DNA from: Eledone cirrhosa
Lineage: Eukaryota
Reading direction: 5' to 3'
DNA: 64,000 bases
Assembly (NCBI GenBank): GCA_964016885.1
Contig: OZ024747.1
Span: forward strand, 63,178,001-63,242,000
Shown: one piece after another, positions 37,858 through 50,726 of the stretch
Layout: each line of letters begins with the position of its first letter
Position numbering within the stretch: the first letter of the stretch is position 1
The notes under the pieces: generated by a model
Databases searched by the model: none
Told to the model about the DNA's origin: nothing
The model's input: only the letters and a program-made list of their open reading frames with translations
Translations under genes and position numbers: made by a program

Positions 37858-39630
37858 TCCCAGTAGTTACCTTAGAAAAAAATCCCTCCACCCCGCAAGT
37901 AACGAGGGTTAAAAATAAATGTCATAAACCCCAGTAGTTACCTTAGAAAACAATTCCTCCACCCCGCAAGTAACAAGGGTTAAAAATAAATGTCATAAAC
38001 CCCAGTAGTTACCTTAGAAAACAATCCCTCTACCCAGCAGGTAACAAGGGTTAAAAATAAATGTTATAAACCCCAGTAGTTACCTTAGAAAACAATTCCT
38101 CCACCCTGCAGGTAATGAGGTTTAAAAATAAATGTCATAAACCCCAGTAGTTACCTTAGAAAACAATTCCTCCACCCCGCAAGTAACAAGAGTTAAAAAT
38201 AAATGTCATAAACCCCAGTAGTTACCTTAGAAAACAATCCCTCTACCCAGCAGGTAACAAGGGTTAAAAATAAATGTCATAAACCCCAGTAGTTACCTTA
38301 GAAAACAATCCCTCTACCCAGCAGGTAACAAGGGTTAAAAATAAATGTTATAAACCCCAGTAGTTACCTTAGAAAACAATTCCTCCACCCTGCAGGTAAT
38401 GAGGTTTAAAAATAAATGTCATAAACCCCAGTAGTTACCTTAGAAAACAATTCCTCCACCCCGCAAGTAACAAGGGTTAAAAATAAATGTCATAAACCCC
38501 AGTAGTTACCTTAGAAAACAATCCCTCTACCCAGCAGGTAACAAGGGTTAAAAATAAATGTTATAAACCCCAGTAGTTACCTTAGAAAACAATTCCTCCA
38601 CCCTGCAGGTAATGAGGTTTAAAAATAAATGTCATAAACCCCAGTAGTTACCTTAGAAAACAATTCCTCCACCCCGCAAGTAACAAGGGTTAAAAATAAA
38701 TGTCATAAACCCCAGTAGTTACCTTAGAAAACAATCCCTCTACCCAGCAGGTAACAAGGGTTAAAAATAAATGTTATAAACCCCAGTAGTTACCTTAGAA
38801 AACAATTCCTCCACCCTGCAGGTAATGAGGTTTAAAAATAAATGTCATAAACCCCAGTAGTTACCTTAGAAAACAATTCCTCCACCCCGCAAGTAACAAG
38901 GGTTAAAAATAAATGTCATAAACCCCAGTAGTTACCTTAGAAAACAATCCCTCTACCCAGCAGGTAACAAGGGTTAAAAATAAATGTTATAAACCCCAGT
39001 AGTTACCTTAGAAAACAATTCCTCCACCCTGCAGGTAATGAGGTTTAAAAATAAATGTCATAAACCCCAGTAGTTACCTTAGAAAACAATTCCTCCACCC
39101 CGCAAGTAACAAGGGTTAAAAATAAATGTCATAAACCCCAGTAGTTACCTTAGAAAACAATCCCTCTACCCAGCAGGTAACAAGGGTTAAAAATAAATGT
39201 TATAAACCCCAGTAGTTACCTTAGAAAACAATTCCTCCACCCTGCAGGTAATGAGGTTTAAAAATAAATGTCATAAACCCCAGTAGTTACCTTAGAAAAC
39301 AATCCCTCTACCCAGCAGGTAACAAGGGTTAAAAATAAATGTCATAAACCCCAGTAGTTACCTTAGAAAACAACCCCTCCAGCCCTCGGTTAACGAGGGT
39401 TAAAAATAAATGTTGTAAACCCCAGTAGTTACCTTAGAAAACAATCCCTCCACCCAGCAGGTAACAAGGGTTAAAAATGAATGTTTTAAACCCCAGTAGT
39501 TACCTTAGAAAACAATTCCTCTATCCCGTGAGTAACAAGGGTTAACAATGAATGTTTTAAACCCCAGTAGTTACCTTAGAAAACAACCCCTCCAGCCCTC
39601 GGGTAACAAAAGTTAAAAATAAATGTCATA
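37858..39630. repeat. 71-bp satellite, about 25 units, with a 213-bp (ABC) higher-order repeat
   Basis: CCCCAGTAGTTACCTTAGAAAACAAT starts at 37929, 38000, 38071; variants CCCCGCAAG / CCCAGCAGG / CCCTGCAGGTAATGAGGTTT cycle. Confidence 0.97.
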
Positions 39631-39959
39631 ATCAAAATGAGAATATTATCAAAATGATTTCTAACTGGACGCTTCTTCTTCTTCTTCATCTTCTTCTTTT
39701 TCTCTTCCTCTTCTTCTTCCTCCTCCTCCTCCTCGTGTGTGTGTGTAGGGGGGGGGGGGGATCATCTTGTTTATATACATTCTAGTTTTTGGCAAGATTA
39801 TTTACAGCTGAATGCTCTTCCTATTGCCAACCATGTTACAGAGTACCCTGGATGCATTTCATCGTGGCACCAACACTAGGAAAATTATTGTATCCTTGAC
39901 ATAACAATAGAGCCCTCTCAACCTTTTGGTTGGCATGATTTCTATGACTGCATCCCATA

Positions 39960-40183
39960 TGATAATGATTTCTACCGTAGGCACAAGGCCAGCAATTTGG
40001 TGGAAGGGAAAAGTCGATTAAATTGGCCCCAGTGCATTACTGGTACTTTATTTTATCGACCCCATGATGATGAAAAGCAAAGCTAACCTCGGCGAGATTT
40101 GAACTCAGAATGTAAAAGGCCATAACTCTATGCTACAAAGCATGGTGACCGATGCTCCACCGATGCTACCAATCCACCGCCCA
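39960..40183 (-). mobile_element. Nin-like SINE, long subfamily
   Basis: Family match. Confidence 0.85.
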
Positions 40184-40989
40184 TATAACAATAAAGTCAT
40201 GATAAACTCAATCCAAATAAACATAGTTCTGAAAATAAGACGCTTCTCCTTCAATATTTGAAGTGTTTTAAAAATTATTATGAACTTTTTTGTAATTTCT
40301 TTCTTTCTTAAACAATATATTTATATGCTGGCTTTTAGACTTAATCATTGTAATATTAATCTATCTGAAACTTTACTATTTCTATGTTAGAAACCTGTTT
40401 GTTTTAAGGTGTTTATATTCATCTAAAAATCTATTACAATTTCATGTAAGAACCATAATTATGTTTTATTACAAATATAAGATAAATGATTATTTTACTA
40501 AATCCCTCTAAATTCTTGATTGTTTTCAAAATTATTTGAAAGTCATATGCCATATCTTTCATTAGAAATCTAGTTACAAAGGTTTTAAATTGTTTATATT
40601 TATCTAAAAACCTTGCATCATAATTTTAAGTTTTGCTTCTCCAAACATGAAATAAATGTAAAAAAATTTATATTATTAAAACACAAATTGTTGATTATTT
40701 TCAAATTATTTGAAGCCTACAGGCAGTCTTTCATTAGAAATATGATATTTAAAGGGTTAATGGGTTTCACATATACTTTCAGACTTCAGTTCATTTCAAA
40801 TTATATATTCACTGGTAGAATATAATCTCTTACAAAGAAGAAAAGAGTTCAGAATTTCTGCTCAGCTTAACGTTCATTTTGTGAAGTCATTTCACTGTTG
40901 GTATGTACCTTTCTGTGTGAAATAACTATTGTAACCTATAGTTGTGGAATCTAGTCACCTTATATTACTTATTGACAAACACATGTTAA

Positions 40990-41142
40990 CCCTTTTGATA
41001 CCAACCTGGAGAAAACCAGCTCTGGGTCTATGAAATAAAATGAACTATTTTAAAGGATTCCTATTTCAATTAAAATCTTTCAACCTAAATTTATATAAGA
41101 ACCATATGTTAAGTTATCTTTGTGCAATGAAATAGTAATGAA

Positions 41143-41187
<45 letters not shown>

Positions 41188-41686
41188 TGTTTCTACTTTT
41201 GGCACAAGGCCAGCAATTATCCTAGTGTATTACTGGTACTTTATTTTATCAACCCTGTAAGGATGAAAGACATAGTTAACCATGGCGGGATTTGAACTCA
41301 AACTGCAAAGGGTCATAACTCTGTGCTACAAAGCATGGTGTTTAACCCTCTACCAATACTGCCAATCCAACGCCCTAATAAAAAAAAAAATAATAATAAT
41401 AATAATGGCTTCTGATTCAGGGGCAACGCCAACAATTTTGGTGGGGAAGGGGAAGTCAATTAAGTCGACCCCAGTGCATTACTGGTACTTTGTTTTTATC
41501 GACCCTGTAAGGATGAAAAGCAAAGCTAACCTCGGCGGGATTTGAACTCAGACCATAAAGGGCCGTAACTCTTTGCTGCAAAGCATGGCGTCCGACCCTC
41601 TACCGATACTGCCAATCCACCGCCCTAAAAATAATGAATTAATTGAAATAAAACTATATTTAATTAGAAATACGGTCACAAAAGGG
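40990..41686. mobile_element. piggyBac-type MITE (family B) interrupted by two SINEs
   Basis: TTAA|CCCTTTTGATACC ... GGTCACAAAAGGG|TTAA; related ends near 6200, 36163-36385, 40755 and 47505-47636. Confidence 0.7.
41185..41626 (-). mobile_element. Two tandem Nin-like SINEs (short 41185-41376, long 41400-41626)
   Basis: Family motifs; each has an (AAT)n tail. Confidence 0.9.
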
Positions 41687-42032
41687 TTAAGGTATTTTTA
41701 TATATTTCACTATATATAATCACTACTAAAATCTAGATTGTATATTTTGTTGTGATAATTGTGATATTTGTTAGTGTATTGTGTTAGTATTTGCTATTGT
41801 TATGTTTGGTTTTGTGACAGATGATGTTGTAGTGTAGATTTTACACCATAGTATTCTATTCACTAATTCATTTCTTTATATTCAACACTCCATATAAATT
41901 TCATGTGAAGTCAAACATATTTAATGTATATTATGCATTCATTTGAAACAGCATGGTTTGATTAATTCTTTAAATTTAGATATTTGAATGAATAGACTTA
42001 GATTAACCATCTTTTATTTGACTAACTATTAA

Positions 42033-42246
42033 CCAATTAGCATTTAAACCAGCTGTATGCAGCCGAATATTTCTCCCACTTTGCTGTTCAAACCGGCCAT
42101 AACTGGCTGCTCATGTCAACATTAAGATATTGTTCTCAAAATTAGCTATATCATCATCAAAATGTTGTAGATTCGAGACTATGAGAGATGTAGCCTTTAC
42201 TGTGAAAATACAATAGTAGATATAGAATAATGTAAATACTAAAGGA
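42033..42246. mobile_element. piggyBac-type MITE (family A), diverged
   Basis: Aligns along its length with 44174-44378. Confidence 0.8.
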
Positions 42247-42487
42247 CTAAATCATATGTATTGATGAAGTGGTACCATATGTACATATGCATACATTACA
42301 CATTTTGTCACATACCAAAAATTTTACTTTAGAATTTAAAAATCATGATGTTGGAGAGTATATACAGATGTACTTATGTATAAATTACACTGTTTCTATG
42401 GAAATCAAAACAAAACAAATACCACTATATAACGTAATTTTTGGAGTTACAAATCCTAAGTACTGAGCAACAACTGTTGCATGGAAA

Positions 42488-42938
42488 ATAGGAGTGTGGC
42501 TTATACATGAGTACATATAGTACTTATAGAATATTCAACTTATACCTGAGTAAATATGGTGTAAAATATGGTAATCATAGGAGTGTATCTTATACACAAG
42601 CAAATATGGTAATTATAGGATGTTCAACTTATACATGAGTGAATATGGTAATTACAGGCTATTGATTATACATAAGTACGTATGGTAATTATAGGATGTG
42701 TAGCTTATACATGAGTAAATGTGGCAATTATAAGCGTGTATTTTATATGTGAGCAAATATGGTAATTATGGGAGTACAGCTCATACATGAGTACATATTG
42801 TAATTATAGGTTGTGAAGCTTATACATGAGCAAATATGACAATTATAGAAGTGTATATATGAGCAAATATGGTAATATATGAGGAAATATGGTAATTACA
42901 GGACTGTATCTTATACATGAGTAAATATGGTAATTATT
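42488..42938. repeat. Degenerate ~38-bp tandem repeat, about 11 units
   Basis: AGGA.TGT..CTTATACATGAGTAAATATGGTAATTAT units. Confidence 0.9.
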
Positions 42939-43534
42939 ATTTTAGCTCAGAATATATTCTTCCTTAAGATGTTCTGCATGTGGATGAATAGATATCGTAA
43001 CCTAAATATGAATTTGCTATTGGCAGTGGTTTACCATTTACATAAGCATTGAATATATTCTGATATCATCAGAAAAACCTATCTGTAATTTGTCTTGCAA
43101 AAAATTTCACGTTTTACACTTTCTTTTTTCATGCTAAATTGAGTGAAAAAAGGTTTTCATTGAAGCAATTATTTTATAGTTAGATACGTTTTCTACTGTA
43201 TGAAGTAGGGGTGTAAGCCAGAAGCAAGGGAAGTTATATAACTTTCTCTAGAACACAAGTGAATAAAAAAGCAAATCAAATCTATTCAATAATTGAACAG
43301 TATATACCTATTAAGGACACCTGCCATATAGAAAGGAAATTTCATTATTTCATGAGAAATGACTTGACTGAAATATTGTACAGCCACTTTTAGACTGATC
43401 TTTTTTCAAAACTATATAGACATATCTTTGTTTGTTTTTGTGTTCTTTTTGTGTGTTTTTTAAATGGAAATCATCTCATGCAAGTCCCATAGACCACTTC
43501 TAGGCAGAAGGTTAGAGAAAAGAGTATAAGAAGA

Positions 43535-43755
43535 AGTCTAAAGTCTGTCTCAAGCCCAGAGGCTCATCAGGCCAGTGCTTATCCTGGTTTTCATGGTGTG
43601 AAGCAACTGAGAGTACAGACCCCCTCCCCCTTAGACAGGACTCTAGTCCATCACAAGGTTAAACCTGCAGCCATCACTGGTACACATTTTTTCAGTTGAA
43701 TATACTGGAGCAACGTGAAATAAAGTGTTTTGCTCAAGAACTCAACACGCAACCA
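43535..43755 (-). mobile_element. CORE-like SINE, 5'-truncated
   Basis: Aligns with 16281-16500. Confidence 0.8.
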
Positions 43756-44173
43756 TTAATGTCACATATAGGCTATATAAATGGTATATAATTAATTAGT
43801 AGCAAAATAATTAAATAATAAATGAAATATTTAATAAACATATAAGAAGGAAATGATAAAAGAACTGATGCCAATAACATATGGCAAATGAAATTATAAT
43901 AAAGAAGCTTTGGGAAGAGCAGGAGAGATGGAGGCAGTGACAGTGGAGTTTGTTTCCATTGTGTTCAGACCTGGTGTATATATGTGTATATTTATATATC
44001 ACACCACATTAACTTTTCTATATTGTTTCTTCTTTTCTAACATGTAAGTAATAGTTAATATAAAAGCTAATAAAGTTAAATAAATGAAAGGATAATAAGA
44101 TAACCCACAAAAATATTAAAATGAAGGTCACCACTTACCTTAGACAAGGTACTTATTAACCTTGTACATTTAA

Positions 44174-44378
44174 CCCTTTAACATTTAAACCAACTGTATC
44201 TGATCAAAATTCTCTCACCTCTTTCTGTTCAAACTGGCTGTAACTGGCTGCTCACTCTGACCTCAAGGTATTGTTTTCAAAATATATATCAAAATGTCAT
44301 AGGTTCGATATTATGTGAAATACAGTGTTTACCTTGAAAATACAATAGTAATTATAGAGTAATGTAAATGCTAAAGGG
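44174..44378. mobile_element. piggyBac-type MITE (family A)
   Basis: TTAA|CCCTTTAACATTT ... AAATGCTAAAGGG|TTAA. Confidence 0.9.
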
Positions 44379-45557
44379 TTAAACCGGTCAAAGTTATATT
44401 ACACAACAAAACAATTCAGTAGTTCTAAGGAAAAGACAATAACACAACTATCAAGGCTACTATCCAGTGAACTATTTATCTAAGGAGTGGTGACTGTGGG
44501 TATGTTGGCAGTGATCATGGAAAACTGAAAACCATCCTAGCTTTTAACTAAATAGATTAGTTAACGGCATGTTGGTTAATGATAGCTAGAAACGATTTAA
44601 TTTGATGTTCAGTGGACTAATTGGCCTATTCTGAGATGGAGAGGAATGGTCATCATAGTTCCTGAAAGCTGAGCATACTACAGACTTTTCTCCATGATTG
44701 AGGGAAACAAATCTTTCCAAGACCTAGTGGGGTACCAAATAATTTTGAAAACAACTAAAACTTGGAGGAGGATTTTGTAATACTAGAATTTGTTTCAACA
44801 TACTGAGACATATGTATATATGTGCGTGCATGTGTGTATGAGCATATGCATACATTTATATGTATGATCATGTAAATGCTCAAACACAGACACACTTACA
44901 AAAATACACACTCACAGACATACATTCACACATACACATACATGCACACAAATACACATATACATTCACACACACATACACATACATTTACACAAACACA
45001 AATGATGTAGCAAATGGAACGCCAGTCGCTGTTTTGCTATAGATTCTTCACCACCCCCTTCCTTCCTTCCATTTACACACATACATTCACTCAAACATTG
45101 TGTGATGGACGGAAGTTGCTCAAATTTATATATAGATAACTAACTTTCTTATTATTAAACTGTTGACAACATAATAAAGGTTCTTACTTTAAATTATTAT
45201 TAAAGGTTTTTAAATAAATATAAACACTTTAAAACAAACAGCTTTGTCTCACAGAACCAGGGGTAGTTTTGAATGGTTTGGTATCAAAATGATTGGATAA
45301 AAGAGGCCCTTGGTAGTGCAAAGGCTGTGAACCTTTATTCTTCTTGGGGGGAAATATCGATTCTTCCTCTCTGTCTCTTTCACACTTTCTAACCTTCTCT
45401 GGAAGAAATCTGCTGTAGTTAGGCCCGTGGATGGATGGTTTCTGACAGGCTTAAATGTCCAAGAAATGCTGTATGTCACTACAGTGCTGCTACGACTCTA
45501 ACAGGAGTTATAGGACCATACCATACTGTACCGTGCTATTATTATTTTGGTTATCAT

Positions 45558-45904
45558 ATGTATAGCTTAGTGGTTAGAGTGCTGGGCTTGCAATCATGAG
45601 GTTGTGAGTTTGATTCTCAGCCTGGGTGATAGATTGTATCCTTAAGCAAACACTTTATTTTTATCTTGTTCCTGTATACTCAGCTGTAGAAATGTGCTGC
45701 AACATCACTGATGCCAAGCTGTATTGGCCATTACCTCTCCCTTGGACAACATCAGTGGTGTGGAGAGGAGACGAGAGATTTGTATGCATGGGTGACTGCT
45801 AGTCTTCCACAAACAACCTTGCCCTGTATTGTACCTTGGAGGAGAACTTTCTAGGTGCAAATCCCATGGTTATTTCTGACCAAAGCAGGTCTTTACCCTT
45901 ACCC
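45558..45904 (+). mobile_element. tRNA-derived SINE with the same head as 3535 and a different 3' body
   Basis: AGCTTAGTGGTTAGAG...GAGTTTGATTC...CCTTAAGCAAACACTTTATT...CAGCTGTAGAAATG; tail CTTTACCCTTACC. Confidence 0.75.
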
Positions 45905-46865
45905 AATAAATTTTGGTATCATACAGTAAAGAAGTGGTTATCATTTCCATTGTTTCCATAAGTATCACTGAGAACAGAACAGAAAGAATTATATCAATTT
46001 ATTTGTAATTCAACACATTTCTTGAATACTTTCTGGTATTGAAGAGATATTGTATCCAAACTTTTAATTTTGATAAAACAGCTGCCTCATGTCTTTTTGA
46101 GAAGATAAGTCTGGATAGTTGATAAACTATACAGTAGCTTAAGATGTTAACTTCTTATGGGAAATTAATATTCACATTACTTGATTATGAGAAGACCAAT
46201 AGAAGTTACTAAACATGGAAAGATGTTCATGATATAAACTGAATCTGGTATTTGGTATTTTGAAATTGTATTATATGTCAAAATGTGAGATCTGTTATCT
46301 CTGTGATAATGTTCAGAACACAAATGTCACCACTACAATTCCTAACCTGTGTTATCTAGACTGACTGTTGTATTAAATCTGATGATTTATTGCCTTCATA
46401 GATCCCCTTTTATTAAGTATTACTATAATTCCTTCATGTAAAAAGATGTGCAACTGATATTTCTGATATCCTTTCATTTGTTGTCAGTGAAGATATCAAA
46501 TAGAAAACTGAAACAATATTATTAGTTTTCTTTCATTTCTGTTTTGTTACTATATATTCAAATCTTGAAACATAATCTAAGATATTTTCTATAAGTGAAA
46601 ACATTACCGTTGAACTAATCTTGATTCCTCAAGTACGTTTACATTTGCCTGTTGTTTTTTTAACCCTTTCATCTGATGTGTGTGTGGGGAGGGGGGGGGG
46701 GTTAGTAATATAACCTCCTCATTATTTAAATAGTGTTTGTAATATAACGTAAAGGTTCTTATATAAAATTATGTTGGAAGGTTTTTAGATGAATAAAAAC
46801 ATTTAATTATTTTGTTACTATATTTCTAATGAATGACACTTCCTATAATTTTAACGTAAAGGTTC

Positions 46866-47148
46866 ATCATCATCATCATCATCATCAACGTTTAACGTCT
46901 GTGTTCCACGCTTGCATGGGTTTGGACGGGGTTTTCCCACTTGAGGCAAGAGTGTTTGTCTTGCTCGCATAGGACTATCTGGCGGGTTTTCTACAGCTGG
47001 ATGCCCTTCCTAACACCAACCACATCTACAGTGTGGGGCTGGGAGGTTTTTACCGTGTTGCCTACACGGCCACATTACAGCGTGGACTGTCTGGCAGGTT
47101 TTCTACAGCTGGATGCCCTTCCTAACACCAACCACATTTACAGTGTGG
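46866..47148 (-). mobile_element. RTE-tailed bipartite element with internal duplication
   Basis: CTGGATGCCCTTCCTAACACCAACCACAT occurs twice. Confidence 0.85.
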
Positions 47149-48357
47149 GGTTCTTATATAAAATTATGTTGGAAGGGTTTTAGATGAATGTAAACATTTA
47201 ATTCATGTAAACATGTAAAACAGAAAAAAATTATGATGGAGGGTTTTTACATAAACATAAATACTTTAAAATAAACAATTTTTTAATTATAGAAACAGGG
47301 CAGATTTAATGTAAAGGTTCTTATATAAAATTATGTTGGAAGGTTTTTAGATGAATGTAAACATTTAATTCTTTTGTTACTATATTTGTAATGAATGACA
47401 CTTCTTATAATTTTCAAATAAATTTGAAAATAATCAAGAATTTAGAGAAATTTAATCATATAACTAATTTGCTCGTTATTAAGCTGGTGTTTAGAACATA
47501 AATTAATCCTTTCATTACCACATTTAAAATGTAAAACAGAAAAAAATTATGATGGAAGGTTTTTACTTAAACATAAATACTTTAAAATAAACAATTTTTG
47601 AAACAGGGCAGTTTAGGCAGTTTGGCATCAAAAGGGTTAAATAGCAATGTGTTCATGAATCTCAGAGATGTATAAGAGCAAAGATTTACCAAGATTTAAT
47701 AAGATGAGGTGAGTTTTCCTGCTCACCTCTCGCTGACAATGTTCGCTCTAAATTTTCCCAAACACTGAGTGAAACATTTGATGATTTCAACAAAAATATT
47801 TTAAATATTTTAGTTACTGTGTTGCAATATTTAGATGTCTGTGTCAGTATTCAAAAGCTACTGTGCAGCAACATTTTAAGCTAGTGAAGAACAATATTTT
47901 AAGATACTAAACAGCAACATTTTGATATGTGATCTCATTTATTTCCAATCTCATGCATTTTGGACTATGGTACCAATACTAATCTATATGATGTTGTATG
48001 TCCATTATTCTCATTGGGATGGGAAAAAGCAATGCCAGTGGGTCCCAAATCTTTATCTGATCATTTTGATATGTGTAGCACCAAGAGAGAGACTACACCA
48101 CCTCACACCTGTGTATCTTAGATGGAATTTTGCTGTCAGGTATTAGACTATATTCTGAATAACATCATTTTCCTGCATAACTAATGCTTCATTACTGATT
48201 ATCACTAGATTTTATCTAACAACCATATCATACCTTCTTGTGATATATTTAAAATGAATAATACTTATAAAAAAACTGGCTCTTTATGGCATTCTCTCTT
48301 ATTTTCTAAATGTTATTTCTGCTCACAACAGAGCATGAAACTTGATGAAAACATTTT

Positions 48358-48596
48358 ATTTGTGAATTTTATATTGAATAATAATAATATTTGATTCATT
48401 TGCAAGCAAACAGCCTCAATATGTTATGTGTTTTAGATGACCATTATCATCCTTTTCTGCTAGCAGTCACAGAGTGAAACAATCTCTCTGTCATCACTAG
48501 AACAAGAGGATGATGATGGCTGTCTAAAACACATAACATAATGAGGCTATTTGCTTGCAAATGAATCAAATATTATTCGATATGAAACTCGCAAAT
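48358..48596. repeat. Fold-back inverted repeat, arms ~115 bp, short loop
   Basis: AATATTTGATTCATTTGCAAGCAAACAGCCTCA.TATGTTATGTGTTTTAGA pairs with TCTAAAACACATAACATAATGAGGCTATTTGCTTGCAAATGAATCAAATATT. Confidence 0.9.
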
Positions 48597-49529
48597 GCAT
48601 TTATGTATCTGCTATGTTAGAGCAAAACTAAATTTGTTTTTAATATTCTATTTGCTATATGAGAATATTCATGATTGCTATTTTAGGCCAGTTATTTCCC
48701 ATCAGAGGCCAGCCTGCTGGGGAAGGTATTTACTATCTATTTGTTGTAACCCTTGGCATAAACATCACTCCTTTTCTAATGTCAGGAGGTGAGATTTGAA
48801 CTCAGAACCCACATAGCTAGAACAGACACTGTGAAGCATCCTTTATGACTCTTTATCAATATCTCCAACTCACTTTCCCTGGATTAATACTTTATTTATC
48901 GACACCAAAAGGATGAAAGCTAAAATTAGCCTCTGTGGAATTTGAACTCAGTGCATAGTTGGTCAGTATCTGATGTTTTAATGCGTACCAGTTCATTATC
49001 TATAGCTTTCATTCTAGCATGCTTCCATTTCAATAACTAGATATAGTTACGGCTCTCCACCATGTCACATATATTGTGTCTTTCCCTTTATCTCTATAAA
49101 ATATTCTGTATCGTTTTTCTTTTTTCCATTCCAAGAATTACATTATGTTAGACACTATTGTATTTTTGCTAAGTATTAACCTAAGATATTTCCTAATAAT
49201 TGTTTCAATCTTTTCCAATCCAGCCAGAATTTTTCTCCATCCAAGAAATATTATGCCTGTGGTTTATGCAAAATATTTTTTTTTTTTTTTACTTATTATT
49301 AATGATAAAAAAAAAAAATATTAGTTTATCGTTAATCTCAACTCAAGAAATATTTGGTGATTGTAAATAAAATGACAGCTTATAGTTATACCAGCTGGAT
49401 CTTTTGTTGAAACATTTTGAGAGCCTTATTAATAAATCTATACTAATATTTCTGACAGATTCAGATGCTAGAAACATTCTATAAAGCAATTTAGAGCTGT
49501 ATAACATCCATTTACTTGTAATTATATAG

Positions 49530-49878
49530 TGAAGGCATATGGCTTCATGGTTAGGGTAGTTGGCTTACAATTGTAAGTTGTACATTTGATTCCTTGAGCA
49601 AGTCACTTTATTTCACATTGTTCCAGTCCATTCAGCTGGCAAAAATGAATTCTATCTGTAGTTCGAATAGCCACTTTATTTCATGTTGCTCCAGTCAACT
49701 CAACTGGCTAAAATGAGTTGTACTTGTAGTTTGAAGGGCCAGCCTTATCACATTCTGTGTCATGCTAAATCTCCGTGACAACTACATTAAGGGTATGCAT
49801 GTCTGGAATGCTCAGTCTCTTGCACGTTAATTTCACAAGTAGGCTGTTCATTGTTGTAACCGACGGAGTGACTCAGTT
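49530..49878 (+). mobile_element. tRNA-derived CORE-like SINE with an internal ~60-bp duplication
   Basis: CACTTTATTTCA..TTG.TCCAGTC occurs twice; 3' body shared with 550-716 and 59716-59960. Confidence 0.75.
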
Positions 49879-49996
49879 TATAGTAGCAAAAATATTATAT
49901 TTCTTTCTTAAATCAATGAAAACAAAATACTAAATAATTTCAATTGGAATGTGTTGTTACTGGTATACCTGTTCCAACTGTAACAACATGACTTAA

Positions 49997-50213
49997 CCCT
50001 TTAGCATTTACATTACTCTATATTTACTATTGTATTTTCACAGTAAACACTTTATCTCACATAATTATCTCACATAATATTGAAAATATCAAATCTATGA
50101 GATTTTGATATTTATTTTGAGAACAATACCTTAACATAAGTATGAACAGCCAGTTTAAACTGAAAGAAGTAAGAGAATTCTGGCAGGATATGGCTGGTTT
50201 AAATGCTAAAGGG
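49997..50213. mobile_element. piggyBac-type MITE (family A)
   Basis: TTAA|CCCTTTAGCATTT ... AAATGCTAAAGGG|TTAA. Confidence 0.9.
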
Positions 50214-50349
50214 TTAAAGACAACAATGTCATCAAAGAATCAGATATTAAATTTATTACCAATGGTGAAATCCACACAATGATTAATTAAATACTAAAGA
50301 AAATAAAGGTAAATTTTATTTAGTTATGGAATATACCATGTAAATACAA

Positions 50350-50726
50350 TTTAATAGGAAAAGAAAAAAAGAAAATTTAGATTGAGAAGAATGGAATGTA
50401 GAATATAAAAAAAAAATGGCAAGGACTCCAGAGTCGCTGAAGAATGGGGAGGGTGAGGGGGATTCGTCTCTGGGCCTAGGTCACTGCGGTAATAGGGCTG
50501 CACCTTGCAGACAAGACTGCAAAAGCATTCCTGCAGACAATAGCCAATGACACTCATTGCAACAGCCATCCCACCTGCGGGGTTCCTTCTTCAGATGTGC
50601 TGCTGACGTTCCGATCTTGTGGCGGAGCTTGACAGTATGGGGTCCAAGTATGCCTGAGGTCTTGATGGTGACCGGTGCGAAGAAGAAGCTGCTGGACATT
50701 CCCCAGTATTTGTTTATCTTCCTTTG
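50350..50726 (-). mobile_element. CRE-clade non-LTR retrotransposon 3' fragment (restriction-like endonuclease C-terminus), pseudogenised
   Basis: QRKINKYWGMSSSFFFAPVTIKTSGILGPHTVKLRHKIG...KEPR, frameshift, WLLQ*VSLAIVCRNAFAVL resembles K..KY...F.P...ET.G..G...QR.S.A..RGNA of RLE elements. Confidence 0.7.

Noticed and set aside
37858-39630. CRISPR-like look (constant block plus variable block)
   Set aside because: Variable parts are homologous variants that recur periodically, not unique spacers; no cas genes; eukaryotic context
47666-47708. Small exon with AG|GTGAGT donor
   Set aside because: Weak acceptor with no pyrimidine tract, and the donor lies in a GAGGTGAG/CTCACCTC hairpin; kept only as a remote possibility
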